Positions 1-12,300 of a stretch of 64,000 bases of DNA are shown here, piece after piece. Source of the stretch: Raillietiella orientalis (lineage: Eukaryota); the NCBI GenBank assembly GCA_036172245.1, contig JAYWIR010000012.1, positions 1,922,001-1,986,000 on the forward strand. The letters run 5' to 3'. The first letter of the stretch is position 1; each line of letters starts with the position of its first letter. The position numbers and the translations under genes were made by a program. The notes below the pieces were generated by a model that searched no databases, was not told where the DNA came from, and saw only the letters and a program-made list of their open reading frames with translations.

Positions 1-1094
1 TCAGCAGCCACTCTTCCGGTTCGGAGAGACTCTGCTAACCGAGGCTGACGAAGTGGCGTTCCCTTCAGTCGAGACGGGGACGGAAAAGAGAGGGAACATA
101 GAGAGAGAGTGGAACGCAGGGATCCAGTAACAAATGATCTTTTCGATCTCGAGGTCACGCGGGCCCCAGAAAGGCTCTTGTCTCATTCTCCCTTGAGCGC
201 TCCGAGCGGCAAGGCGAGGACACCAGGGAGCTGCTCTGCTCGCAGGAGGCCAGAAACCCCTTCGGAGGTCGGATCAGGTTCATTCGTCGCTCTCTTCCGT
301 CCTCTTCCCTCCACCTCCGACCTCTTTTGGACTTTTGCACAGGTCCGCGTTGAGAGTGGGAGGAGGGGCATAGGCCAGTGCCAGGGGAGCTTCATCCTGC
401 TGAAGTCGCCGCTTTTCGAGGGTGAGGAAAACCTTGCCCTCAGGAAAGGCGGGCGACCTGGGACTCGGTGCGCCTTGGGCAGCGAGTCCCAGGAAACGCT
501 TTCTTTTCTTCCACCGCCCGCTCCTCCCGAGCCATTTTTGAATCCTTCGTCTCATTCCGCGCGCCTCCCACCCGTTTTCCCGATGCGAGCACATCTCGGA
601 GGGTCCAGCCGACAAATCCTCTCTCCTCAGGAAGCAGGGGGAGCGCCTGTCCTCACTTCTGGCGGGCATCGTCGCAGATGCCCTCCTGGGAGCCCCTGGA
701 GGGCTTGAAAGCTTGAAAGCTGTGTCCCATCCCGGATAGATGATACTGCGGTCTCCGGTGAGTATTCTTTCGCAGCAAAGTGACCTGGGCGCAGCCACCC
801 TTGACTGTCCTCCTCCTTCGTCTTCCTTACTTCTCCTCACCCTTCCTGCGAAAAGGAGGGAACCATCTCCATAGGGACCGTTTCGGTCCATACGACGATG
901 GTTTTGCTGCTTAATCGCTGTCTCGGTAAGAGAGCGGTGGTAGGAGCTTGACAGTCCTGGGGGTGATGCGCCTCCTCTGGGACGCTCAGGGTCTTCGCAG
1001 GCGTAGCAGTCAAATGCAATCGCTCCTGAACCTCCTTCCTCCCTCGAGAAGACCAAGCGCATCCTTCCCCCCTTCCCTGGAGCTGTCATGTCGA

Positions 1095-1219
1095 CTGTAC
1101 GGGAAGTGCCAAAGCAAAAGACTTCTCCAGATCTTCCCCCTTGAGGAAGGTGCAGCATGTCCAGCTGGAAAATCGCGAGGTTCTCCATCTCCCCCCCTCC
1201 CTGGAAACCTCTTTCGGAA
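1095..1219. repeat. Inverted repeat arm A1 (~125 bp), partner 2625-2750
   Basis: ctgtacgggaagtgccaaagc...ctggaaacctctttcggaa is the near-exact reverse complement of 2625-2750, with a few substitutions and one indel. Confidence 0.9.
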
Positions 1220-2624
1220 AATTCTCCAGGGATGTCCTCCGCTCCCTCTCCCTCCTGTTTTGTGCTGCTACTCCAGGTCGATTCTCGCCTCCGAGAAGCA
1301 CGCAGAGTGCCCCTGAAGGCCACTGCGGGAACGCAGACAAACCGATAGCAGCCGCAGGGTCCGTAGGGGCGAATGGCTGGACTGCCTTGCGAGCAGGAAG
1401 ACAGGAAGGGAAAGGTTCGTTAGAGCGGAAAGCGGTGCTCGCTGAGAGTCGGTTCTCAGGCAACCAATGCATGCTCCCGTTCCCCAGAGGGCGCGTCCGC
1501 TGCATCCTAGGCCAACGGCGCTCGTGTCCAGCTCCCAGCCGAGAGTGAGGAGCCTCAGGGCTGCAGCACCTCTTGCGAATCCTTCCCCCATTGCGCACAC
1601 GCCCCGTCAGGCAACGAGCTCAACAGTTCGATCTCAAGGGGACGCTGCGAACATCCTGAAGGGCGACCCTTCCTTCTGAGCATAGCCAGCGAGCTGGCGC
1701 ATCGAGGGAGGGCGTGGGTCCGCTGCCGGGAGGAAAGAGGAACCTCAACCCAGAAGCCTATTTTTCTTCGCGATGGGGTGAGGAGAGATCCAGAGGGAAG
1801 GGGGAGAGGAATCCTGAAATGATACTTCCCGGAGAATACGGCAAAGGAAGCGCCAGGAAGAAAGTCCCCTTCTGGTCCAAGGTGGTCTGAGAGGGAAGGA
1901 GTCTGAGGCAGCGGGATGGGGAGAGCTAAAAAGGGAGGACGGAGAACAAGAAAGCTAAATGGAAAGGCGGAGGGGAGAAAGAGAAGGAGGAAGGGGAGGG
2001 ACGTTAAGGGAAGGCGGAAGGACTGCTCTCTCTCCGGTGACTCTTCCAGAGAACTGAGAGTAGCTGCACGCGCATCCCGAAGAGGAGTTCCGAGAACGCG
2101 GTCTCCTCTCCGACGTTCCCGAAACGGGGCAGACGCGGGGAGGAGGACAGGCGCCCGAGGGGCGGAGTCCCTCAGGAAGGAACGGAAGGAATTTCAGGCG
2201 AATTCTTCCGGAGTGTTGTGCGCAGGGCTGCGATGAGAATGGGACTTCCCTCTCCAGGAGCGAGAGCTGGCAGTACCTCCCGAGAGGTCGAGTCCCCCTC
2301 GCGAGCCCCGGAAGAAGGGATCAAAGTTCATGCTCGTCGCCGTCTACCCCATTTTTCCGTGTGCGTTACTCCCCCTTCCCCTCCCCTCCCTCATCCCCCT
2401 CCCCCCCGTCAGCGATGGAGTGCGCACATCGTACCGACTGCGGCGACACGCGGACCCTGCCTGGAGGCGGCCGGCGGGAACGCTCCCCTCTTCTCCGAGA
2501 CCCCGGATAGGTAAACGCACGCCGCGTGGGGACCGAATGAGAGGGAATGAGGTAGGAGTGGGCAGGTGGAAGAGGGTTGCTGGGGAAACGGCCACCGAAA
2601 ATTCGAGGGAGGAGGAGATGCGCA

Positions 2625-2750
2625 TTCCGAAAGAGGTTTCCGGGGAGGGGGGGAGATGGAGAACCTCGCGATTTTGCAGCTGGACATGCTGCACCTTCCT
2701 CAAGGGGGGAAGATCTGGAGAAGTCCTTTGCTTTGGCACTTCCCGTACAG
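2625..2750. repeat. Inverted repeat arm A2, partner 1095-1219
   Basis: Reverse complement of 1095-1219; both arms translate to GGEMENLAI(F/L)QLDMLHLPQGG on opposite strands. Confidence 0.9.
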
Positions 2751-4649
2751 ATGCGCATCCCGACGGTTCGCGGGCTGCAAGTTGCAGAGGCGCGAGTGCC
2801 TGCTTCGCGGGAGCAGCGTCGATCCCAAAAGGGGTTTTGAGGCCTTCCAGAGGAAGAGGTTGCAGAAGGAGGGTAGCAGACCCACCTCCTACGGGAAAAT
2901 ACTTTGAGGGTAGCATGTCCCAGGGGTCTGGAGAAGACTGCGCTCGCTTCCTTCCGGCAACCTCGTAGAGGAGCAGTCCCGAAATTCGTTCCGGAGGGAC
3001 GCCAAGAAAAGGAGGACTAGGAGCGCCGTTCTTCTCACTAATACTCCGTGACTGGCCCCTCTCCCTTCCACCTAGGGAGTTCCCCCCTTTCTCAGATTCT
3101 AGGAGCGTAGCGAGACCTCTTTCCTTTGGAGTCCCAGTCGACGGGAAAGTCCATCCAGAGCCAGCCCCTCTCACCTCGTGGGATCTTCCCCGGGGGCCCA
3201 CACGTGTCCGATAGGGAAGACCGACAATGGGGGGGGACGTGTTTCTTTCTGTTTGGGGGGGTGGGGCGCAAAGGAAGCTAGGAGAAGGGAAGGGCGCGTC
3301 GGAAAAAACGGATGCGCACCCATCTTCGCGATGCTGCCTGAAGGGTCAGAGACCTCGTGGTGATGACCACAAGGTCGCGCCGTCTCCTTCACGGTTCTGA
3401 GTTGCTCCACTCGTGGTCCGAGTCCGCGTCCTTCCCGCACACGAAAGGGTGACGTCCCGGCTGTTTCTAAATGCATCTTCTGGATCCCTGCAAGAAGGAA
3501 GTAGGAATGGGCAGACGCAGCTTCGCCTCCGAATTCCTTCGGAGGTTCAGGCCAAGATGCGAACGTCCGTCCGTCCTTCCTCCGATCCGCGTCTTCCTGA
3601 CTCCCCTTGGCTACGCTCCGATGGCACGGCCTCGGGTGCGCGCGCACCTCACCCTGGATCTGGAGGCAGCGGTTCAAGGAGACTCCATTGAGCCTCTGGA
3701 CGCGACTACGACCTCGGGGACTGCTATCCAGACAGCAAGAGGAGGAGAGATTTTAGTGGTTTCTCGAGAGAACTGCGGGAGTTGCTCCCTTGCTTTCTCC
3801 CCTCCCCCGGAGCGAGGGTGGTGCGAAGGAAGGGGTGATGTCACGAGCAGGGACGATCAGGCGTTCCAGGAAAAGGGAGGCAGCGCTTCGGAGTAATGTT
3901 TTTCCATTCCCCAGGGGGGCACTCAGGATGAAGCCATGCCAGAAACCGAGGCGACGACTTCCCTTCCGTTCCTTCTATCTTCCCCCCCTCCCTCCCCCCT
4001 ACTCGATGGTCTCCTCCTTGCAGCTTCCTCCATCGGAAACGTGCAAGTCTTTCTGCTTCTCGCAGAACTGTCAGTCGGTGAAGCCACGGAGACGAGGATG
4101 GGTGGCAGGATGGGAAGGTTCCAAAGCCGGCACCTGGGTGGAATTTGCAGAGGGATGCAGGAAAGGAGGAGCACTGGCCGTTGTGAGCGAGACCGGTCAG
4201 CAGCTCACGCCATTCGGTGCCGGTCTCTCTCGCGCTCGAGTCTTTCGGTGGGTTCCCCGTCCTTCGCTCATATCCCGGATTTCCTCCGGAAGCTACGGGC
4301 GATTATTCCTCCATGTACTCCGGACTTCATAACTCAGAGGTGTCCGAAACTGCCCGCGTCTCCAGGAAGACTCGAGAGAACGACGGAGGGAAGCAAGAAA
4401 GGGAAATGGACGAGGAGGAATCACGATAAGATCTAGCAGAGGACCTCTTTCCCCTCGTTGACGGGGAAAGGAAGGTCCCTGGAAGGATGACGTGCGACCA
4501 GACGACGCAGTCCCGCGCGCCTCTCAAGGAACTTCGATCAGCCGCTGCGAAAAGTCCGAGCAGGCGGGTGCTCCCCAGGAGAGGAACCTTCCGGCAAAGG
4601 TTCCGAGGGAACCCCCCTATCGATCGACGCGAAGCCGATAAAACACGCA

Positions 4650-6750
4650 GTGGAAAGTCTTTTCCGCATCACCGTGGCTTATTCAAATGTTACCTGACGT
4701 TTATTAATGCCAAAGTAGCGGAGCATGAAAGATGGGAGCTGCTGCATTTGGGGAGAAGGGAGAAGAAAAGACACGAGGGAAACCTAAGCATGCGCGATGA
4801 ACACCGAAGGTTGATATGGTGGTTGGGCCCCTGGCGAGCAACGGCTATGTTGCAGCGTCTCGGATGCCGACATCTCGTTTCTGGACAACGAATTCGCGTA
4901 TTCCCCGAGAACCCACCACCACGAGGCAGAGCTTCGGACAAACCCTACTGTTCTCCCTTAGTCACGAGCAATGTTAATGAATTCTAAAGATCCATCAGCA
5001 ATACTTCCAAAGCTTACCCTGACTTTTCGAGTGCTTTCGTCCTTCTTTGTTTCCTCCTTTCATTCTCTTTTTTCCTTGTACTTATCGAGGAGCGCCATGT
5101 TGAAAAGTGGTGCCACCAAAAACGGCGAGACGAACGCAGCGGTATTTTCGGATGTTCTCACACGTCGCATTCGAAAACGATTTTGCAGAAAGTTTGCCAG
5201 GAAGGTCGGAATGATCCCAATCACCTCACCATACAAGTGGATTGCACAAAAGTTTGGAAATTCGCGAGCGTTTCGTATTACGGGAAAACGCATCGGACAA
5301 GCTTCAAGGGACGCGGACACAGCAACGCTCTTTCCCGATGACCGCCATGCACGTGTTCCCGTGGTAACGCCAAGCGGGAGTGCACGTCCTTCCCCCCCCC
5401 TCCCCCTTCAAAAGCACTGATTCTTTGTCGATGTGAACGCGTTCTTCAGTTAGAAACTTCTGACGTTACCCGGGATCCCTGAAGTTGTGTGGCATGCTCC
5501 ACCTGACTGGCTGCAATGCGAATTCATCATCTCTTGCTGCACACGGATCGGTTCTTCGTTTCCATTGCCTCAGAGAAGCCTCCAGATAGAGATCTTCAAA
5601 CAGGAAACACGTGGCAATGAGGCTCTTCTCCTGCAATTCCCTCGCCTCGGTGCCTAGGCGTGAAGCGAGGTCGTAGAACAGAATCCAACCAGTGGAAAGC
5701 CGAAACTTATAAAAGTTTTCGGAACTGGAGGTTTTTTCCCGAGAGTGGAGGAGCGAGGGAAGGTGAGGGTTCGAAGTGATGAAATAAGGGCAAAGCAGCG
5801 CGAGAGTGCCTGCGGAATGCTCCACAGGAAGAGATGCGAAGCACGACTGAGGGTCTTGGACAGTGGGATGAACGGTTTCGAGTCTGCCTTTTTGTTGTGG
5901 TGGATGCCTCCCTCCCCCCCCTTCCTTGTAAATTGAAAATCAAATGATGCATGTCAGGAGATGTGACAAGAAACGTGCAGAAGATGCATTGCAATCTTGC
6001 CGAGGTTTTTCCGAAGTTGAACTCTTTATAGTTGATTAGTTCTCCATGACACGACAAGAAATGAGTCACGGAACTTGCCAACGACGAGCAGCAAGAGGCA
6101 TGCTTGGGGAAGAACTTCTGCTCAACAAAGAAGATCCAGGTCCAGGTGCCGGTAGCAGAAGACCGGGGAGCGAGTGCCTTACGTGGAAGAGCTCCAGCGG
6201 CTGCACGTTGAAAGTGATGGTTGTTGGGAGTTGGGCGGTAAAGTAAAACGTGGTTGCAGGTTTTGCACTGCTGAAAGACCATGCACGCAAAAAAAATTCA
6301 ACTACAGACGCCTATGGATCGGACATGAAAACGACATCAATCACTGAACAGCGCGAGAGGTTAAGGAAAATTAACCATTCCTTCGGCACTGCGTGATTTC
6401 TTATCAGTTCTGCACACAATAGGAAACACGTTCTGGATCGTTCCAAATGACAAGTGACGAAAATTTTTCAATTCGCTGGTTATTTCGGACTTTTGGGAGG
6501 AGTGCCGGTTGTGAAGGACAGATCAGTGGCCACTTACTACCCTTTACCATCCCTATTCCTGGGCAACTTGTGCGTATTTTTTATCTTCCTTCCCTCCCCC
6601 TCCCCTTCCCTGTTTCCCAAACAGGAGTCAAAATACATTCGTGTCGTTACGGAATTCCACCAAGCACAGTGTTGGGTTTCGAATTTTTGCAAAATTATTC
6701 GCTTTCGAGAATAATTCTCTTTTTCTTCCAGCTGCAACCGTTAAAGAATG
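4650..6750 (-). mobile_element. Decayed non-LTR retrotransposon (APE endonuclease + RT remnants)
   Basis: AT-richer island with colinear, frameshifted motif relics on -: FETQHCAWWNS (~GDFNAHH.WG), KEFNFGKTSA..CIF..FL..LIFN (~KSPG.DG), ENFYKFRLS..ILFYDLASRL (~NYRPISL..RL), FLANFLQNRFRMR..VAPLFN (~FL.NR...PLLFN). By-eye match only. Confidence 0.5.
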
Positions 6751-9176
6751 TCTTTCATGTTGCAAGATTGAATGAAAAACATGTTTTCCACGCCCATCTG
6801 AGGAGGAGAAACAAAAAGCTTTGTAGTGAATGGCAAAAAGGAAAACATTTTTCCTACCCAGTGTCTGCCAATGCTATCTCTTGAGCTCGGTTGTTTTCCT
6901 TGTTATTTTCAGGTGTGAATCTGGTAAGCATGCTTTCATTGTTGCTTTGCCACGCGCTTCCTGGCTGCAGTTTGAAAAGGAAATCTCGCCACCGAGCCCT
7001 CAACAGCCTTAAATCACCCCTTTGTTCTGCTCGCTGCTGCCCGTTGCGCTGTTACCGCCCACTTTTTGCTACTGCTTACTTTCTTATGCTGATGCAGATG
7101 CACTCGCCAGAGCAGCATGCAGAGATTAGAATAATGCACTCCTACGCCGCATCCAACAGCATTCAACCCTTGGTTTTCCTCGCTAGGCGCGCTTTATTTA
7201 GGAAAGTAGAGCGTCGGACTCGAGGCCCGGCCGCTTATGTAAATCCTAAAAGATGCTGCTCTGGGATCACGGTGGTGTCTGAAAGGAGGATGGCAGGCTC
7301 GCCGCATTGGACGCGCGGCCAAACCGAGCCCTGAACTGTCCCCGGCCACAGCCCATGCAGGCCAATGCGGGTAGCAACCGCTTTCGAGCTAATACGAGCT
7401 GTTGCTGCTTTTCTGAGGAGAAAATATTAGAATTGCTCGGGATCCATTTTCGTCTTCCCCTCCCTCCTCCTTTGCACGAATGTAAATACAAAGGACAAGT
7501 CGGTATCCCGCTCTCGAACGCAGCGAGCGTATCGGGAAGGAATTCGCCTTCCCGGCTCTCGATACCGTATCTGGAGGCAGCAGGGAAGGGGAGAGAAGGG
7601 GAGAGACGAATGAAGCATCCTTGCGATTGTTTACATGCATCATAATAAAAGTTCCAGAGAATATTATGAAGTATTTCCGAGCTGGTGCAAACCGTGGTAA
7701 CCAAGGCAACGTGGCGCGATCCCGGAAGCTGAGCTCCCGCGAGCAGCCCCTTCTTCGTAACCCGTAGAACCGCGCGCGCCCGTCCCACACGTCGCTGCTC
7801 ACCCTTCTGCGCACCTCGGGCGAACTCGACTCGGAGGAAGGAGAAGGTGGAGGGAGACCACGGGAGGGTCGGTTCGACCACCCCTGTCGCACCTCTTCCT
7901 CCCTCTTCGTTTAAGGGCCGGCGGAGAACAATCCCGCCAGGGAGGAAGAGAGGAGGGGTAGGTTCGACCCGGCAGCCCGGTCTCCCCTGAGGGTGGCTCT
8001 GGATGGGGAAGCGCTTCCACTTCGGGGCGAGTGCAAAGCGAGGTCGTTCCCCGAGGTCGTCTGGTCACGCTGCTCGGCACCTGCAGAGGAATTCGCCCGC
8101 CGCGATGGAGCGATGGGCCAGGTCGCAGCCCTGGGAGGAGGAAAGGGCGCGCGCGCGGAAGGGGGAGGGGATGGAGGTAGAAGCGGAGGGATGGAGCGGG
8201 ACTCCCTCGCCTTCGGTCAGGGGGAAATCCGGACCCGGTCTCCCGGGCAACGAGTGTGGCGGCGCGTGGCGCCATCCCCAGGAGGAAGAGGAGTGGCGGG
8301 CGAGCCGCCGAGGGTGCAGACGTGAGGGACTCCTCTTCCGTGTTCCCTGCTGACCTCAGGACAGGCGGGTAGTCCCTTTTGCGAGTAAATACGGCGGCGC
8401 GCGGGCCCTCGGGGTGGAGGCAGTTGGTTTCCACTTTTGTAGGTCTGTCCGATCCCATCTGCGCGCTTCCTCCCCCCCCCCCTTCTCCATGGGCATGGCG
8501 AGACGATAAATTCGGGTTATCCCAGGGAAGAGCTTTCTCGGGAGAGCCGGCTGATGAGAACGGAAAGCGAGTCCCGTTCCGTCCCACGCGCGGGCCTGTT
8601 CAAAGTTAATTGGCTCTGGGAGCTCCTCACAGATTCCCCCTCCTCTCCGCACCACCGTCGCTTGAGGGGAAAGGTCAGCGCGTTCCTGCTGTGCGCTCCG
8701 GAAGCCCTCCCAGGGATGTGGCGCCCTTCCAGCTACTGGAACATCAGGAGAGGGCGGCTGCCCCCCCGTCTCCCCCCTTGCGATGCGGAAGGGGGGCGAC
8801 GCCAGAGCTGTGGGACACGACGGGAGAGGTTTCACCCGCTGCCGAAGACGAAGATCGATTCCTCCCTGCCGGCGGCAGCAAACCGAGCCTCGGCACCAAA
8901 AGGACGAGCATGAAGGGCAATGAGACCTCCGGATTGCGTTCCGTGTGGGAGCGTGGGTCCCCGGAAAGCTGGATGATTCCATCCCAAGGCCGTCCGGAAA
9001 GCCGGCGTCGCCCCTTTTCCTTCCTTTTCGCGGAGCCGCCCGCTGCGAGGGCCGTGCCGCGCGCGGGGGAGGGAAACTCCCCTGCGAGGGGTACTAGCCG
9101 GAGGGGATTCCTGCCCGAACCCACATTGCGTCGCGGGGGGGGGATTCCCGGCATCACCTATCCCACCATGTTGTAG

Positions 9177-9331
9177 CAGCGCCATCCTCCGGACAGCTGG
9201 ATCGCAGCCCCCGCCCTGACCTCGTGGGCAACCGAACTGCCTCTGGAGGCGCCAACGCCACGTTCCTGACAGCGGTCAAAGGTGGCTCTGTGCTCCTGAA
9301 GTGCCTGCTCTTGGAGCGCCAGGACAAGCAG
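9177..9331 (+). CDS. dpr: Dpr-like exon (start of Ig1)
   Basis: Acceptor ttgtag|CA, donor CAG|gtgcgt; encodes ...NATFLTAVKGGSVLLKCLLLERQDKQ. Confidence 0.8.
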
Positions 9332-12300
9332 GTGCGTCCCGCGGGCTTTCGGCCGCCGCCTCTCCGGAGAGGTCGCTCCCGACAGAGGGCGCGGGTTCTT
9401 CCCGGTGGTTTTCCCGGGAAGGGGGAGGTCAGGCGAGCAATCGCCCTCGCCCGACTCTTCCGCGACCGGAGACCTCCTCTGAGTCTTCGAGGTCCTCGGA
9501 AGGAGCCTCCAAGCCCCTCCGAGGGGCCCCTCACTGTTCCGGGACTCCTCCGGGGAGAGTAGGATCCTTCAACGCTCCCCTGGTCCTGAGGGGGATCCAA
9601 CCCATTCACTTCTCTCCCTCCTCCTCCCGCTCGTCAGCAGCCCCGCGGGAGTCTCGGAAACGCCTCATGGCTCCCCTCTCCAGTAGCAGGAGAACCACAC
9701 CCGGGACGAACGGGAAGGGGCCGGCCGGCCGGAAGGGAAGGACCCCCCTTCCACGTGCTTTCCAGACCCCTCCGGTTCGGTTGCCCTCTGAGGGAGGGGA
9801 GGAGAGGGGCGCGCGCCGCCCCGCCTGAACGCGGTGGCGCCTGCCCGTGGAGTCTGGGCGCCGTCGCTGGCATTGCCACCGGCGACGCCCGAGCGCGGAA
9901 GACCTCCCCGCCGTTCCTCCGACCAGGGTGCACCCGGGGTAAGGGGGGAGAGGAGAGAGGGAGGTCCGAGGAAGAAGCGGGCTTAGCAGGGCGCACTTCC
10001 AGGTTTCCTGGATACGGAAAGCCGACTTGCACGTTCTGTCGGCCGGCTACGACACATTTACCAACGACGAGCGCTTCAGCGTCCTCTACCATCCCGAGAC
10101 GTGCCTCTGGACCATGCTGATCCGCTTCCTCAACGAGTCCGACTCCGGAGAGTACGAATGCCAGGTAATGGGGACCGGGAAGCGGACAAGGGAAGGGCGC
10201 GATGGGAACGGAGCCGCAGCGGAAGAGAAAGGCGCCGCCTGCTCTTGAGCGCAACTCCCTGCCCCCCTCTTCGACCTCTGGCAGGGGTGATGGGACTGAC
10301 CGGCGCTCCTTAAAGACCGGCCGAGCCCGCCGTCCTTTCAGGAGTCTCGCCTCTCGAGCCAGGAACGACCCACCCACTGGGACCGGTCTCCTCCTCGGGG
10401 ATCGATCTGACGAGGAAGAAGGGAAGACGATCCCGCTGATTCGCTTTTCCAGGAGAGCGAGGGAGGGGTGCTAGCAGAGATCCTCCGCCCTCCGCCGTTC
10501 TTTGCTCTTCTCCCCCAGGTCGCCGACGATGAAGGGGTGAGGACGCACCTGACGACCCTCCTGGTCACCGTGCCGAAGGCGGAGATCCTCGGGAGTAAGG
10601 AGTTCCACGTAGACTCCGGGTCCACCCTGATCCTCAAGTGCGTCGTGAAAAGGGTAACACCCCGCCTGCCCCCTTCCGCCGTCCCTTACCCTAATCCCTC
10701 AAGCCAGAGGTGCTGTTCGAGGAAGCGGAAGCCGCACACTCCCTGCACTGGAGCCGGGACGGCGAGGTGTTCAGCAAGAACATCCTGCGGGGAGGGGTGT
10801 CCGTGGTCACGGAGGTCGGCCCCACGACTGTCTCCCTGCTGAGTCTCCGGAACGTTCAGCCGAACGACACCGGCAGCTACTCCTGTCATGCCTCCGGCTC
10901 CAGTCCTGATTCCGTCTTCGTGTTCATCTCCGAAGGTGAGTGGGTCCACCCGAAAGTCCGCGCCAGGAGGGGAGGGAGCTCAGGAGTGAAGGCAAGGGGA
11001 GTAAAAGATCCTCCTTGCCTTTGAGAGAGAGGGGGGAGGGAAGCACTCAACTTCCGTATCACTCTTCGGGATGGATCTCTCTGCACAGAAGAAGGGGTCG
11101 GATCTATCTCTGAAGCACGGCATGGGCGCGAGCATAGGAAGGGAAGCGCCAGGGGTGAGGCACTCGACGGCGTCCGTTGCGCACGCATGCAGGAAGGAGG
11201 AAGGCTGGAGGGCAAAAGGTCCTCTGCCTCCGAGGGGGGAGGGGGGGTGTTCCTTCGAAGGAAATGGTGTTCCTGTGAGGGAGACGGTGCTTCTTCTAAG
11301 GGGAAGATGATCCTTCGAGGAGGAGGAGGCTGACAGCAGAACACCCTCGGAGGGGGTTCCTTTTCGGCCTGGACACCAGACGAACATAACGAAACATCCT
11401 TGGAGGGGGCTCCTCTGTCAGCATGGACGCATGGCGGCGTGGCCGAGTGCCTTGCTTGTGCTCTTCGTATTGCTGGTACGAGGTGGTATGGAGGTATGAA
11501 GATGTTCCCGCAGGGTGTTCTTGCTGGTATGAAGGCCGTTGAATCTCGTTCGACGTGATTTGTTGTGTTTTCAACGTTTTGTTCTGTCGAACGTACCACA
11601 ACGTGTTCGGGTGGTTCTTGTCGTCGGAGAGGTGTGTGCTCTCTTCTGAAGGCAGACCTCATCACTGCTGGTGAGGGACCGCCCACGGGTGGATCGCGCT
11701 CCTTCGTTTCCTGTGAGGCACGCTTTTGGCTTTAGCTGGTCCCCAAGTGGTTCAGGTGGTCCAGCTTTTGGTTTTAGGGTGCCCGACTCTTGGAAGGACC
11801 CAGATTTGGAGAGGAACCCTCAGAGTCTCCTGAGTGTTTGATATTGTGTTGTGTCAAGCCGGTAAGGTTCAGAGGTGCGACGGCGAAGCCGCTGTGGTGG
11901 TGGGTACTTCGAATATGCAATTTTTTTTCTTTATTGACATTTTATTTTTGTTTTTTTTTATGAGTTGATGTTTGGCGGGTGCTCTTGATTGACGCGCTCC
12001 GTCCCCTAGCACGGTAAATGGTGTTTTCTTGTTTTCCTTTTGCTGACTGGAAGTTGGACGGTATCCCAACATTTCAGGCAGAGTTCATCGTGGTTTGGTG
12101 GTCAGCTGGTGAAGCAAACTTCGTGAGGCACGTCGTAGATTTTTGGGGATGTTTTTGATGTTTGAGGGCGAATTATTTTGCGCTTCTTTTGCGAGACCAT
12201 ACTGCACGTGTCCTTGGTTGCCCTTTGTGAGGTGGACGGAGCCGATGGATCTCACTGTCATGTAAGTGGCGCCACATCTCTGCCTTTTCGAAGCTCTGCG

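Noticed and set aside
5650..7270. PIF1/Helitron-like helicase relics on + (SGKPKLI, LFIVD*FSM, AAYVNPKR)
   Set aside because: The - strand gives a longer colinear endonuclease-RT motif series over the same bases, so the + matches are probably chance.
3936..8672. Candidate Dpr first exons (ORFs starting at 3936 and 8554)
   Set aside because: Neither gives a convincing signal peptide together with a good phase-1 donor.
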